Shown in pieces: positions 12,375 to 24,166 of a stretch of DNA of 64,000 bases. Every line of letters begins with the position of its first letter. Positions within the stretch are counted from its first letter, which is position 1. The DNA is from Chiloscyllium plagiosum (lineage: Eukaryota): assembly GCF_004010195.1 (NCBI RefSeq), contig NC_057718.1, forward strand, positions 28,394,377 to 28,458,376. Direction: 5' to 3'. Below the pieces are notes generated by a model. That model saw only the letters and a program-made list of their open reading frames with translations. It was not told the DNA's origin and did no database searches. The translations under genes and the position numbers were made by a program.

Positions 12375-13350
12375 GACTTCAGCACCGTGTTTGACAAAGT
12401 TTTGCATATTAGACTGGTTAACGAAGTTGGATTAGTAGCGATCACATGGAATCCAGGGGGAGCTAGTTATTTGGATACAAAATTGGCTCGAATGTAAGAC
12501 ACAGAGGGTGGTGGTCGAGAGTGCGCCACAAGGATTAGTGCTGGTCCACTGATTTTCATTTATAGAAATTTCAATCCAAATATTGGAGGCATGGTTAATA
12601 CGTTTACAGACGACATCAAAATTGGTGATACAGTGGAAAGTGAAGGTTATCTCGAAGTACTACAGGACTTTGAACAGGTGGGCTGAGTGGCAGATTTAGA
12701 TAAATGTGAGGTGTTGTATTTTGGTAAGGCAAACTAGGGCAGGATTTATACAATTAATGGTAGAGCCCTGGGGAGTGTTGCTGAACAAAGATACCAATGA
12801 GTGCAGATGCATAGTTCCTTGAAGGTGGAGTCACAGGTAGACAGTGACGAAGACATTTGGCACGCTTGCCCTTCATTGGTCAGTACATTGACTATAGGAG
12901 TTGGGATGTTTGCTATGGCTATACAAGATATTGGTGAGACCATTGTTAGAATACAGCTTTCAATTCTAGTCTCCCTGCTGAGGGATGACTTTATAGAGGT
13001 TTATAAAATCATGAGCAACATGGATAGGGTGAATAGCCAAGGTCTTTTTCCTTGGTGAGTGAATACAAAACTAAAGAGCATATACTCAACATGAGAGGGT
13101 AAAGATTTAAAAACAACCTGAGGAGCAATTCTTTCATACAAAGGGTAGTGTATGTATGGAATGAACAGCCAGAGGAAGTGGCAGAGGCAGGTACAATTAC
13201 ATTTAAAAGACATCTAGATGGATACATGAATAGGAAAAGTTTAGAGGGATATGGGTCAGATGTTGGCAAATGGGACTAATTCAGTTCACGATATTTGGTC
13301 AGCACAGACGAATTTGACTGAAGGGTCTGGTTCTATGCTGTATAACTCCG
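12375..13350 (+). mobile_element. CR1 LINE 3' fragment with internal deletions
   Basis: FDKV, PQG-VL and FTDDIKIG-like motifs, HSSLKVESQVD, DFIEVYKIM; CR1 3' tail near 13320-13350. Confidence 0.85.
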
Positions 13351-13684
13351 CAATATTCTTGATCCTGGCATTAGGAAGGTTACACTATACCCTGGATACA
13401 TTTTTTAACACCATGGAACATTTGTTTTATCACTTCACTATGAAATACCCAAAATTGCCCTTCCATTCTCCTTGCTCTCCCACTGTGTGGCTGAGACATT
13501 GCCACATTCCTCCTTCAGCTCATTTCCTCTGATCATATTTTCTTGAAGTAGGTTTTGCAATGCTAAAAGTGTAATGAGTGGATTTGCAGTCCTTCCTTTT
13601 TATTTCACTGAGCATCACAAGATTCTTTCATTACTCAGTGATCAAATTTGTTCTAAGGCACAAAAGAAACAAACAAGCGGATAT

Positions 13685-13970
13685 TTTATTTATTTTATTG
13701 AAAACGTCATCATTCAGAAAGGAAATTAATCATATCAAAATTAAGTGCAATGTGAACTTGCATTGCAGCTACAGTATGCAGCATAAATGGCATAAAGCAG
13801 AATTTAACAGAACAACACTCCTTCAAATGGTGCTCCATTGTACACCTGTATTCTATCTGGGAATTGCTGACATTTATAAGAACACTCAATCTTGAAAAAT
13901 GAGGGGTTTACCACTGCCAAAAACCATGCTTTCCTTGCTCAGAATCTAAAACACTTTATTACAATTTATT
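13685..13970 (-). promoter_or_regulatory. Candidate MSH2 polyadenylation signals
   Basis: Minus-strand AATAAA at 13965-13970 and 13955-13960, plus an overlapping cluster at 13685-13699; about 210 and 480 nt past the stop codon. Confidence 0.5.
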
Positions 13971-14175
13971 AAGTCAGGCTTACATAGAGATGCAGTAACA
14001 GTGTTCATGGAGGGCAAGTTCTGCATTTTTTTAAAACCACCTTTTCCATGACTCGCCACAAATTTCAAACCTTTTGATCTATTGACCGTCCTCCCAGCCC
14101 AATCGCAAAACTTCCTTCTCACTACATTTAAAACTGTATACCTGAATATTTTATGAAGTTAACTTAAATCTGAGT

Positions 14176-14346
14176 TTATAGGGAGATTGTAGATCGTGAA
14201 ATAATTTCATTGATAAAACTGTTATTCTGTGCCAGCACTTCAGACTTCAGCTTCATCAGCTCTTGCTTAACGTCTTCTTCAGACATTTTAGTAATCGGTA
14301 AAGCTTTGATATTTGACAAAAATTCTGCAATGATCCTTTCACCATC
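14176..14346 (-). CDS. MSH2: DNA mismatch repair protein MSH2, last coding exon (human exon 16 equivalent)
   Basis: Acceptor ctttcattttctag|GAT; 171 nt, [56 protein letters not shown], matching the MSH2 C-terminus (GEKIIQEFLSKVK...NNSFVNEIISR). Absent from the ORF track. Confidence 0.95.
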   Translation of the reverse strand, partial: DGERIIAEFLSNIKALPITKMSEEDVKQELMKLKSEVLAQNNSFINEIISRSTISL

Positions 14347-14759
14347 CTAGAAAATGAAAGAAAACATTCATAATTTACAGTATGCACTGCTTGCTGAAAT
14401 GCTTTATGTAACATTTTGTGCCTTCACTAGGAGCCCAGACAGAGAACTCCATGCAAATTATTTTCCAAGTGAGTCCAATGTTGCATTAAACCAGCTCCTA
14501 CACCTCAAGGACCAATTGTTCCAGAAAGAGGCTCACCATGGCCCTGTTCTGGGTAATTAGGATGAGCCGTAAATGGTGAACGAGGCAGCAACACCCATTG
14601 AACAAATTAAAATGATGACAGCCTCATAATACTGTAAATCCACAGAACATGCTCACTATCCAACACTGCTGAGCCCAAGAGTTGCTGGCAGCTGTAAGAC
14701 TTCTGCTTTCAGGGTCTTGATCCAGGGGAAGGCCCACCACAGCCCAAGTGACTCATGGT

Positions 14760-14862
14760 TCAGTGTCAAAGAGTGCGGCACTGGAAAAGCACAGCAGGTC
14801 ATGCAGCATCTGAGGTAAAGGAGAATTGACTTTGCGGGCATAAGCCCATCATTAGGAATGCC
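14760..14862 (-). mobile_element. Short PLE-derived element with degenerate hammerhead
   Basis: Same family as 56617-56746; the core is mutated (CUAAUGA...GGGC-UUAU-GCCC-GCAAAGUC). Confidence 0.6.
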
Positions 14863-15127
14863 TGAACGAAAAAGCAGTACGAATCTCTTGTTGTCTTTGA
14901 CCTAAGGTGACAGCCCTGAAGCCTCAAGATTCTGCCCACTAAGTGGTTGCCTGGATGGAAATCCTTAAAAAATTGCTACACATAGAAAGTGCACTCTTGG
15001 CTCAGGTCAATGGAAGATCATCTCTCCTAGTAGCTTTTGATGAAACAAAAAGATTTGGCGGCTTGAATAATAGTTTTATTAAACTAGGATGGCTATAAAA
15101 TGGACATAAAAGACCTTTCACAGCAGT

Positions 15128-15320
15128 ACAAAGTTTAAAACCACACAACACCAGGTTATAGTCCAACAGGTTTATTTGGAAGCACTAGTGCTGTGCAGGT
15201 AGTGAAGGAGCAGCACTCTGAAAGTTAGTGTTTCCAAATAAACCTGTTGGACTATAACCTGGTGTTGTGTGGTTTTTAACTTTGTAAACCTCAGTCCAAC
15301 ACCAGCTCTTCCAAATCATG
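15128..15320. repeat. Miniature palindromic derivative of the 6553-7601 PLE terminus
   Basis: ~60-bp near-perfect inverted arms (TACAAAGTTTAAAACCACACAACACCAGGTTATAGTCCAACAGGTTTATTTGGAAGCACTA / TAGTGTTTCCAAATAAACCTGTTGGACTATAACCTGGTGTTGTGTGGTTTTTAACTTTGTA) around a decayed hammerhead. Confidence 0.8.
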
Positions 15321-15513
15321 TCATAGTAGTGTACTTTTTGGATAAGGTTTAATGTATGGAGACAGTAGGTCTATGGATGGTCTTTGAATATGTAATGTCA
15401 AGGCAAGGTCTAATATAAGAGAGTTCTACTCAGCATGGAATATTGTTACTTTTGAAATGCAAAATAATTCTAAATCTGCCAAAAATTTGTGTTCTCTTAG
15501 TTTAATCACAAAC

Positions 15514-15686
15514 CTGCTTTTCTTGACGGGATTTCTTAGCTGCAGGCCCTTCATCAGAATCCCCAGAATTCCCAATGTTTTGGAACTCCTCAAGCTCCAT
15601 GGCTTTGTCCTTGGCACTTTGAATAACATGTTTGGGAAACTGAGCAAGCTCAGCTACATGAATACCAAAACTCTGGTCACAAACAC
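15514..15686 (-). CDS. MSH2: MSH2 coding exon (human exon 15 equivalent)
   Basis: ttttag|GTGTTTGTGAC...AAGCAG|gtttgt; 173 nt, (G)[57 protein letters not shown] (MutS helix-turn-helix [10 protein letters not shown]). Phases fit both neighbours. Confidence 0.96.
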
Positions 15687-17532
15687 CTAAAATTAAATTT
15701 AAAAAAATACTTTTTAAGCTATCAGTGTTGAGAGTTACATTTGAAATACAGAAGTTGCAACAAGTTGGAATTCAGATCATAAAATGTTGACACAGACAAA
15801 GCTGAACAAGAATTACAATGTTTTCAGGACAGTGCTGTTAACGAATTTCAGAAGCTGAAAGCAGTTTTGTTCGCTAGATGAAGTGAAGTACGATTACAAT
15901 AAGGTCTACTTTCACTCTGATCAAAATAAAACTTGAAAATTGAACACCAATTCTGGGTTAAAAGCTATGGCAAGAGATTTTGAATTTTTCACTTCTAAAT
16001 AACATTCCACATTTGCTTAAATTTACAAAACCTGCCAATCACAAAATAATACATTTAGTGATTTGAGTAAAACCTCTCGCATATGCTTCCTGTCCAGTCA
16101 TACAAAGGAGAAAGATCAATACTTCAAAATTCAAGTCAATGTGCAACAATGGAAACAGAACACCAAACTACATTGTGAAATGAGCTGACTATAAACATTG
16201 AGATTTTAACATTCTTCTTAGAATAAATCTGGAAAGTTGCATTCAGTAAGTCACTAATGCACAAGGTTAAGCTCCAAGACTTGGAAATAACAAACAAAAA
16301 CAATATGGTTGCTCCTTACTACTGTATAAGTGGATTGAGTTGTGAGAAGAATAGAAAACTTGAGAAATTTGAAGGAAAGTAAATAAGACAACACTTAAAT
16401 GGAAAACAAAAATCACAATTAACATTCTGTATAATTTGATAACAAGTGCAAATTAACACAGGATAAGGGAACTTGGTACAAACTTCAAAATTTTGAATAT
16501 TAAGTACTTCCTTCCAGAGACTGGATGACTCTTAAGTACTGGAGGCAAAATTCATGATATGCATGAAGCAGTTAGAGGTTATGATCAACATTTTCTCTAA
16601 GCTTTACAGCTATGCAGCCACTTGGAGGGCTTGCGCACACAATTTGGCATGATGATGCCTAGACTTCCACATGGAATCACTGCTGCATATGGACATCAAA
16701 GATCCACACAGTGAAAAATAAAGCTGGGGGAGCGTTGGCTGTAGTGGCCAGGAACAGGGAAGACAATATTGTCATCTATAGTTTTCGCACATAATGACTG
16801 ATCACATGACCAGTTTCTTAAGAACACTGTAGACTCTATTCTGACCCTTATAATTTGGCTGGCTTTTCTTCAGCCTCTCCAATTCTTTCAGGCTCTATTG
16901 CTTCCTGTGGGATTTTGGAATCTTCTTCAATCTCTGTACCTGCACAGGATTCTATTACTTGAGCCTGTCTTCCCAGCCTCCACCAACTCTTTGGGAGGTA
17001 TCACCTTACAACTGGTCAAATCATTTCATAATAAAAAAGGTCCAAACTTGTATGGGCAAGTTTGAAATCATACCCATTGTTTCTACCTCTAATCAGTTTG
17101 CCTGGCAAGTAAAATTTCATTAACTGGACCTCTACTACACATTCTCCTTCAAGCACAGTGGTCATTAGTAGAACCTCACCAACTTCTGCCATTAAAACTA
17201 TCAGTATCTTGGAGAATGCAAATCTCTTTTACCAGCTACTTTGACAAATTCAGTCTATTTTCTTCATAAATACAAAATCCTAGTAGGTATTTTGGTGTTC
17301 AGTCATATTTGAATATAACCTTACAACTTGCTAAGCTATGGACCTTGTCTTGCCTGTGGCACCTATGCTGTTTTGCATACCAATAGCTCCCTCTCAAGTA
17401 GCCTGGCTTACTACACTGAAACTTTTCTGGGCAGCTTCTCACTGTTTACTTTGGAGGCTTTTATTTTGGGAAAATAAATACTGGGGATTGCTATTCTTTC
17501 CAATTTCACATTCTCTAGAGCTGGTTTTGGCC

Positions 17533-18890
17533 TTGTCTAAGGTGGTAAGGAAAAGCTAGAGAACTATAGACCGGTGAGCCCGACAAATGCTGAGGAACAA
17601 GATTTACATGTATTTGGGAAGGCAAAAACTAATTAGGGATAGTCAACCTGGCTTTGTGCATGGGAAATCATATCTCACTAACTGGATTGAGTTTTCTGAA
17701 GAAGTAATGAAGAGAATTGATGAGGACAGAGCTGCAAACACGATCTATATGGACTTCAGTCAGGCGTTCAACAAAGTTGCACATGATAAATTGGTTAGCA
17801 AGGTTAGATCTCATGGAATACCAAGAGAGTTAGCCATTTGGATATAGAACTGGCTTGAAGATAGAAGACTGAGGGTGGTGGGGGATGGTTGCTTTTCAGA
17901 CTGGAGGCCTGTGATCACTGGTATGCCATAAGGATCGGCGCTGGGTCAACTGCTTTTCGTTATTTATATAAATGACTTAATTGTGAACACAGGAGGTAGA
18001 GTTAGTAAGTTTACAGAGGAGACCAAAATTGGAGGTGTAGTGGACAGCGAAGGTGGTTATCTAAGAGTATAATGAGATCTTGATCAGACGGGCCAATGGG
18101 CTGAGGAGTGGCAGATGGAGTTTAATTTCGATAAATGTGAGGTGCTACGTTTTGGTAAGGCAAATCAGGGCAGGACATATACATGCAATGGTAAGGCACT
18201 GGGGAGAGAGTTGCTGAACAAAGAGACCTTGGACTGCTGGTTCATAGTTCCTGGAAAGTAGAGTCGCAGGTAGAAAGGATAGTGAAGGCTGCATTTGGTG
18301 CACTTTTTATTGGTCAGAGCACTGAGTATAGGAGTTGAGAGGTCATGTTTCAGCTGTACAGGACATTGGTTACGCCACTTTTGCAATAGTGTGCGCAATT
18401 CTGGTCTCCCTCCTACAGGAAGGATATTGTGAAACTTGAAAGGGTTCAGAAAAGATTTACAAGGATGTTACCAGGGTTGCAGAGTTTGAGCTATAGGGAG
18501 AGCTGAATAGACTGGGGCTGTTTTCCCTTTTGAGGTTTATGAAATCATGAGGGACATGGATAGGGTAAATAGACACTGTCTTTTCCCTGGAGTGGGGGAG
18601 TCACAACTAGAGGGCATAGGTTTAAGGTGAAAGGGGGGTGGGTGTGGGGGAGGAGATTTAAAACTGACCCAAGGGACAACTTTTTCACGCAGAGGGTGGT
18701 GTGTGTATGGAATGAGCTGCCAGAGGAGGTGGAGGAGGCTGGTACAATTACAGCATTTAAAAGGCATCCGAATGGTTATATGAATAGGAATGGGTCAAGT
18801 GCTGCCAAATGGGACTAGAGTAATGTAGAATATCTGGTCGGCATGAACAAGTTGGACCGTTTCCGTGCTGTATATCTGTATGATTCTAAG
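17533..18890 (+). mobile_element. 5'-truncated CR1 LINE
   Basis: ENYRPVS, IRDSQPGFVHGKSYLTNWIEF, IYMDFSQAFNKV; CR1 3' tail near 18860-18890. Confidence 0.9.
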
Positions 18891-20765
18891 TTTAGACCCA
18901 GAGACCTCAAAAGTTCCTCATATGCTAAGCCTTTCATTCTGGAATCATTCTCCTGAACCTCCCACTGGACTTGCTCCAGAGCCAGTACATCCTTCCTGAG
19001 GTATGGGGCCCAAAATTCCTCACATACTGCAAATGTGGTCTGACCAGAGCCTTATAAAGCCACAGAATTACATCCCTGCTTTTATATTCTAGTCCTCTCA
19101 AAATAAATGCCAACATTGCATTTGCCTAACTACCGATTCGACCTGCAAGTTAACCTGAAGCGACACCTGCACGAGGACTCCCAAGTCCCTTTGCAATCAG
19201 ACTTCTGAATTTTCTCCCCATTTAGCAAATAGTCTATGCCTCTATTCTTCCTGCCAAAACACATGACCTCATACTTCCCCCACATTGTATTCTACCTACC
19301 ATTTCTTTGTCCACTCTCCTTCTGAATCCTTCTGCAGCCTCCCTGCCTCCTGAATACTACTTGTCCCTTCACCTATCTTTGTATTGTCTGCTACCTTAGC
19401 CAGAATGCCCTCAGTTCCTTCATCTAGATCATTAATATATAAAATGAAAAAGTTGTGATCCATCACTGACCCTTGCCAACCCCACTAGTCACCAGCTGTC
19501 ATCCTGAGAATGACCCAGGTAGATAGGATAGTGAAGGCAGCATTTGGTATGTTTTCCTTTATTGGTCAGAGCATTGAATATAGGAATTGGGAGGTAATCT
19601 TGCAGCTGTACAGGATATTGGTTAGGCCACGTTTGGAATATTGCATGCAATTCTAGTCGCCTTCCTAACGGAAGGATGTTTTGAAACTTGAATGGGTTCA
19701 GAAAAGATTTATAAGGATTTTGCCAGGGTTTGAGCTATAGGAAGAGGCTGAGTAGGCTGGGGCTATTTACCCTGGAGCTTCGAAGGCGGAGAGGTGACTT
19801 CACAGAGTTTTATAAAATCATGAAGGGCATGGATAGGATAAATAGACAAGGTCTTTTCCCTGGGGTGGGGGAGTCCAGAACTAGAGGGCGTACGTTTAGG
19901 GTGAGAGGGGAAAGATATAAAGGGACCTAAGGGGCAACCTTTTCACGTAGAGGGTGGTGAGCGTATGGAATGAGCTGCCAGAGGAAGTGGTGGAGGCTGG
20001 TACAATATCAACATTTAAAAGGCATCTGGATGTGTATATGAATAGGAACTGTTTAGAGGGATACGGGCCAAGTGCTGGCAAATGAAACTAGATTAGGTTG
20101 TGATATCTGGTCGGCATGGAGGAGTTGGACCTAAGGGTCTGTTTCCATGCTGTACATCTCTGTGACTCTATGACCCTTCTATCCCCACTCTCTGCTTTCT
20201 GCCAGATAGTTGATTTTTTATCCATGCTAGTACCTTGCCTCTAAAACCATGGGTCCTTATGTTACTCGGCAGCCTCCTGTGCAGCACCTTGTCAAAAGCC
20301 TTCTGGAAGTCCAAGTAGACAACAGCCTCCCTTTTGCCTACCGCCTAAATGATTTTAAGAGATTTGTCAGACATGACCTCACCTTGATGAAACCATGCTG
20401 CCTTTGCACTATTTTACCATGCACTTCCAAGTATTCAGAAAACTCATCGTTTACAACGGACTCAAAAATGTTATGAACAACCGAGGTCAGGCTAATTTGC
20501 CTGTAATTTTCTCTTTTGCCTCACTCCTTTCTTAAATGGGGAGGTTACATTAGAAATTTTCCAATCCTCTGGGACCCTCCCCTACTCCAGTGATTCCTGA
20601 AAGATCACCACTAACTCCACTGTCTCTTCAGTTATGTCCTTCAGAACTCTGGGGTGTAGTCCATCTGGTCCAGGTGGTTTATCCACCTTCAGACCTTCCA
20701 GTTTTTCTAGCACCTTCTCCTAGGTGATGGTCACCATAATCAAATCTACTTCCGACTCTCTTGTG
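18891..20765 (-). mobile_element. CR1 LINE fragment of a second subfamily, split by a younger CR1
   Basis: MLAFILRGLEYKSRDVILWLYKALVRPHL; the RT sequence continues across the 19517-20169 insertion. Confidence 0.8.
19517..20169 (+). mobile_element. 5'-truncated CR1 insertion with 7-bp TSD
   Basis: Flanked by ATGACCC at 19510-19516 and 20170-20176; encodes SYRKRLSRLGLFTLELRRRRGD and ends in a CR1 tail. Confidence 0.88.
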
Positions 20766-21948
20766 AAAGTACAGGGAAAAGGAGGGGTGGAGGGACAGAA
20801 AGCAATTTGAAGCTGAAGCAAATTTAGAGGGCAAGGGAAGAGGAAGATGAGTAAAGGTTAAATGTGTTAATAAGTACACGATGAATTTGGGCTGTATGCA
20901 ACACATGTAACTTTCAAGATACTAAATTCAACATGTTGTTTGCAGTTGCAATTGCTTCCTTCCCACGTTAATTATAAGCTTTGAAATGAAGGGGCTGCAC
21001 AGACTTGCTGGGCTTCAAATCATCCAACACCAACTGCTTTCCTGAAATGGTGACACTCTTACAAATGCTTAAAGTGAGCTGAACCCCAGGTCTCCAAACA
21101 TCCTACACTAGCTGTGTAGTAATCATTATGCTTTTATTAGTCAACAGCAATTGCCTTACTTCACATCCATTTATAAAACACAGACTCAATAGTGCCACTT
21201 CTAAAAAATAAATGGAGAATAACTTTTGATCTACCTCTGCTCATTTTTAAACATCATTTTCAATCAGTCAATTTCATCTGAGGTAGTGGTTTGAACTGCA
21301 TCCTGAACCCAACTGTGAGAAGTAGCTGAATCAATATCACCAGAAATCCTCACTCACTCATTGCAATGCTACACTTAATTGCTTTGCCAAACCACTTCAG
21401 GACTATCAGAATTATAAAGCTGCTAAACAGAATTCCAATCGGAAAGCAGTTTGCTTGTATAATTTTTTTTAATAACGAATAACAAATTAACCAAGATATA
21501 ACAATTATACTGATTTCATTTGCACGGCTCCCTCCCCATGCTGTTAGATGACAGAATGTTCCGATCAGTATTTCCACTCTTCCGAAAGATGATAACACTA
21601 GTTAAACTCAAACATAATTCTGAGGCAGGAAACAAAAGAATATGTGAAGACATTAGATTCCAGATGATCATGATTGTGTTTAGAAGGCAAAGATTCTCCA
21701 CTAAGGATATCTTAGTCATCGATGTACAGAATCCTGACTATTGGTTCAGATATTATAGTCAACAGAAAAATATATACAAAAATGATCCATTCAAAGAAGA
21801 AAGCTGTTTATGTTATACAATTATACCAAATGTAACCAGCAATCTGCTGCACTCCAACAGACTAATTGGAAACTCTGGAATAAGTGTTATTACCATTTAA
21901 TTTGTTCTACATAATAGCATTCAGTTTTTAAGAGGAGACAACATTTCA

Positions 21949-22245
<297 letters not shown>

Positions 22246-23664
22246 TTACGTCAAAGTCAATTCCTAGTGGTCAAAAGCTATCACAAACATGTGTGGTGCA
22301 CTGTAATACATCAAAGATTACATACATTTTTGTTAATGGTTTCTTTCCTTGGCAAGTTACTGGACAAAAACTCACCTTCCCCTACATTAGACTTCCAATC
22401 TCACTACATACCAAACTGACACCACTTCTTGTTAATAAAATAAAGAATTATGCATAGTGGAGTTCTGGAACAAGACCAGAAATTGGTGGCAAAACTCAGC
22501 AAGTCTGGAAGTATCTATGGGAAGAAAGCAAAGTTAATGTTTTGAGTCCAGTAGCTCTTCATTAGAACTGACAGCAGCCAGGAACATGTGGTACTTATGC
22601 TGCAGACAGATATGTGTATGTGTGTGCGCACACGCATGCCTGCAGAATGAGAAGTGGAGCGCGAGGAGACAGAGCGAGAAGAAATGGATAAATTCATTGG
22701 TGCTGGCCAGGACAGAAGAGAAGCTAAATAAGCTATAACGAGAGCTCAGGGTAGCAGAAAACATGCAGTCTGTGCTAAAAGCAAACCATTTCATGTGATA
22801 ATAGGCCAAAGAATTGGTGAAGAGCAACCCACATCAACAGGAGTGGGTTAAAAAACAAAGATGGAATCAGGCTTTAAAGTTAATAACTCAATGTTGAGCC
22901 CCAGAGGCTGTAGGGTCACCAAATGAGATGCTGTTCTTCCACTTTATGCTGCAGTTCACTGGAACATTGCAGCAGGCTTGCAGCAGAAATGCTGGCGTGG
23001 GACTATGATGGTGTATTGAAATGGCAGGTGACTGGAAGCTCTACATCATTTTTGCTGAAGTGGCAAGTGACAAGAAGCTCATTTACCTGTATTTCAGTCA
23101 ATCTAGTCTACTGTATTTGAATTCACAGCATGGCCGCCTCTACATTGGGGAAACAATGTGTAAACTGGGTAACTGCTTTGCAGAACACTTCATTTGGGTC
23201 TGTAAAAAGAAAAGCAGCCCAGAGTTTCCAGACACCTGCCGCTTCAGTGAACCATCACTGTTCTATGTCAACATTTCTGTCTCACGCTTGCAATACTGTT
23301 CCAGTGACGCTCAGCGTAAGCTTGAAGAACAGCATCTCATCTTTCACTTGGGGACTCTGCAGCCTCAGAGGCTCAACATTGAGTTCAATAACATTAAAGT
23401 CTGATTCCATTCTTTTACGAATTTTATCCACTCACATACCCTGTCATATTACAACATAGGCGTTTTCTGGCACAGACAACCCATTCTCACCTACTCTCAA
23501 GCCCACAATCATATTATATGGCTTGCTTTTAGCACAGACTACATATTCTCTGTGACTCTCAGTTCTCATTATTACTTATTCAACTTCTCTTCTGTTCTGG
23601 CCTGCCATTCATAATCCCTTCATTAACCCACCTCTTTCACATCTCTCTCTCTGTCAGACTCCAC

Positions 23665-24040
23665 AGAATCATAGAATCCCTACAGTGTGAAACAGGCCAC
23701 TTGACCCAACAAGTCCATACCAATCCTCTGGAGAGTAACCCAGCCAACCCTATTACTCTAATACATTTACACCTGACTAATGCACCTAACCTACATATGC
23801 CTCAACACAATGGGCAATTTAGGCAGCTAGCACCACGGATCCAGAATCTGGTTTCCAGCATCTGCAGTCATTGTTTTTACCACAATGGGCAATTTACCTA
23901 ACTTGCACATCTTTGGACTGTGGGAGGAAAAACTCACACAGAAACAGGGAGAATGTTCAAACTCCATGCAGACAGTCGCTCAAGCCAGAAATCGAACCTG
24001 GGTCCCTAATGCGATGAGGCAGCAGTGCTAACCTCTGAGC
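23665..24040 (-). mobile_element. HE1-type SINE inserted in the PLE 3' UTR
   Basis: CACATCTTTGGACTGTGGGAGGAAA...GAGGCAGCAGTGCTAAC, as in 4776-5091. Confidence 0.8.
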
Positions 24041-24128
24041 AATTTCCACCTATCTGCTCACCTCTTCCACCCATACCCCCATCTCCAATCTCATTTTCAG
24101 CATAAATATCAGCTTTGTTTGTCTTGTC

Positions 24129-24166
24129 AGCTCTGATGAAGAGTCTCCAAACTTGAAACGTTAACT
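24129..24166 (+). ncRNA. Minimal type I hammerhead ribozyme, near intact
   Basis: AGCU-CUGAUGA-A-GAGU-CUCCAA-ACUU-GAAA-CGUU/AACU: intact core, palindromic ACGU, GUU triplet; one mismatch in stem I and a G-U closing pair in stem II. Confidence 0.7.

Noticed and set aside
3110..13680. A second host gene downstream of MSH2
   Set aside because: No ORF or exon-like segment with recognisable protein similarity; all identifiable sequence is repeat-derived.
15457..15690. Track ORFs overlapping exon 15 (77 aa +, 73 aa -)
   Set aside because: Antisense or out-of-frame shadows of the real MSH2 exon.
16587..16829. Possible ancient hAT-like MITE (CAACATTTTCTCTAAG ... CTTAAGAACACTG)
   Set aside because: TIRs are too degenerate and there is no matching 8-bp TSD.
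21520..21900. 126-aa plus-strand ORF in intron 14
   Set aside because: Non-ATG start, no recognisable domain, AT-rich; most likely chance or a very old repeat remnant.
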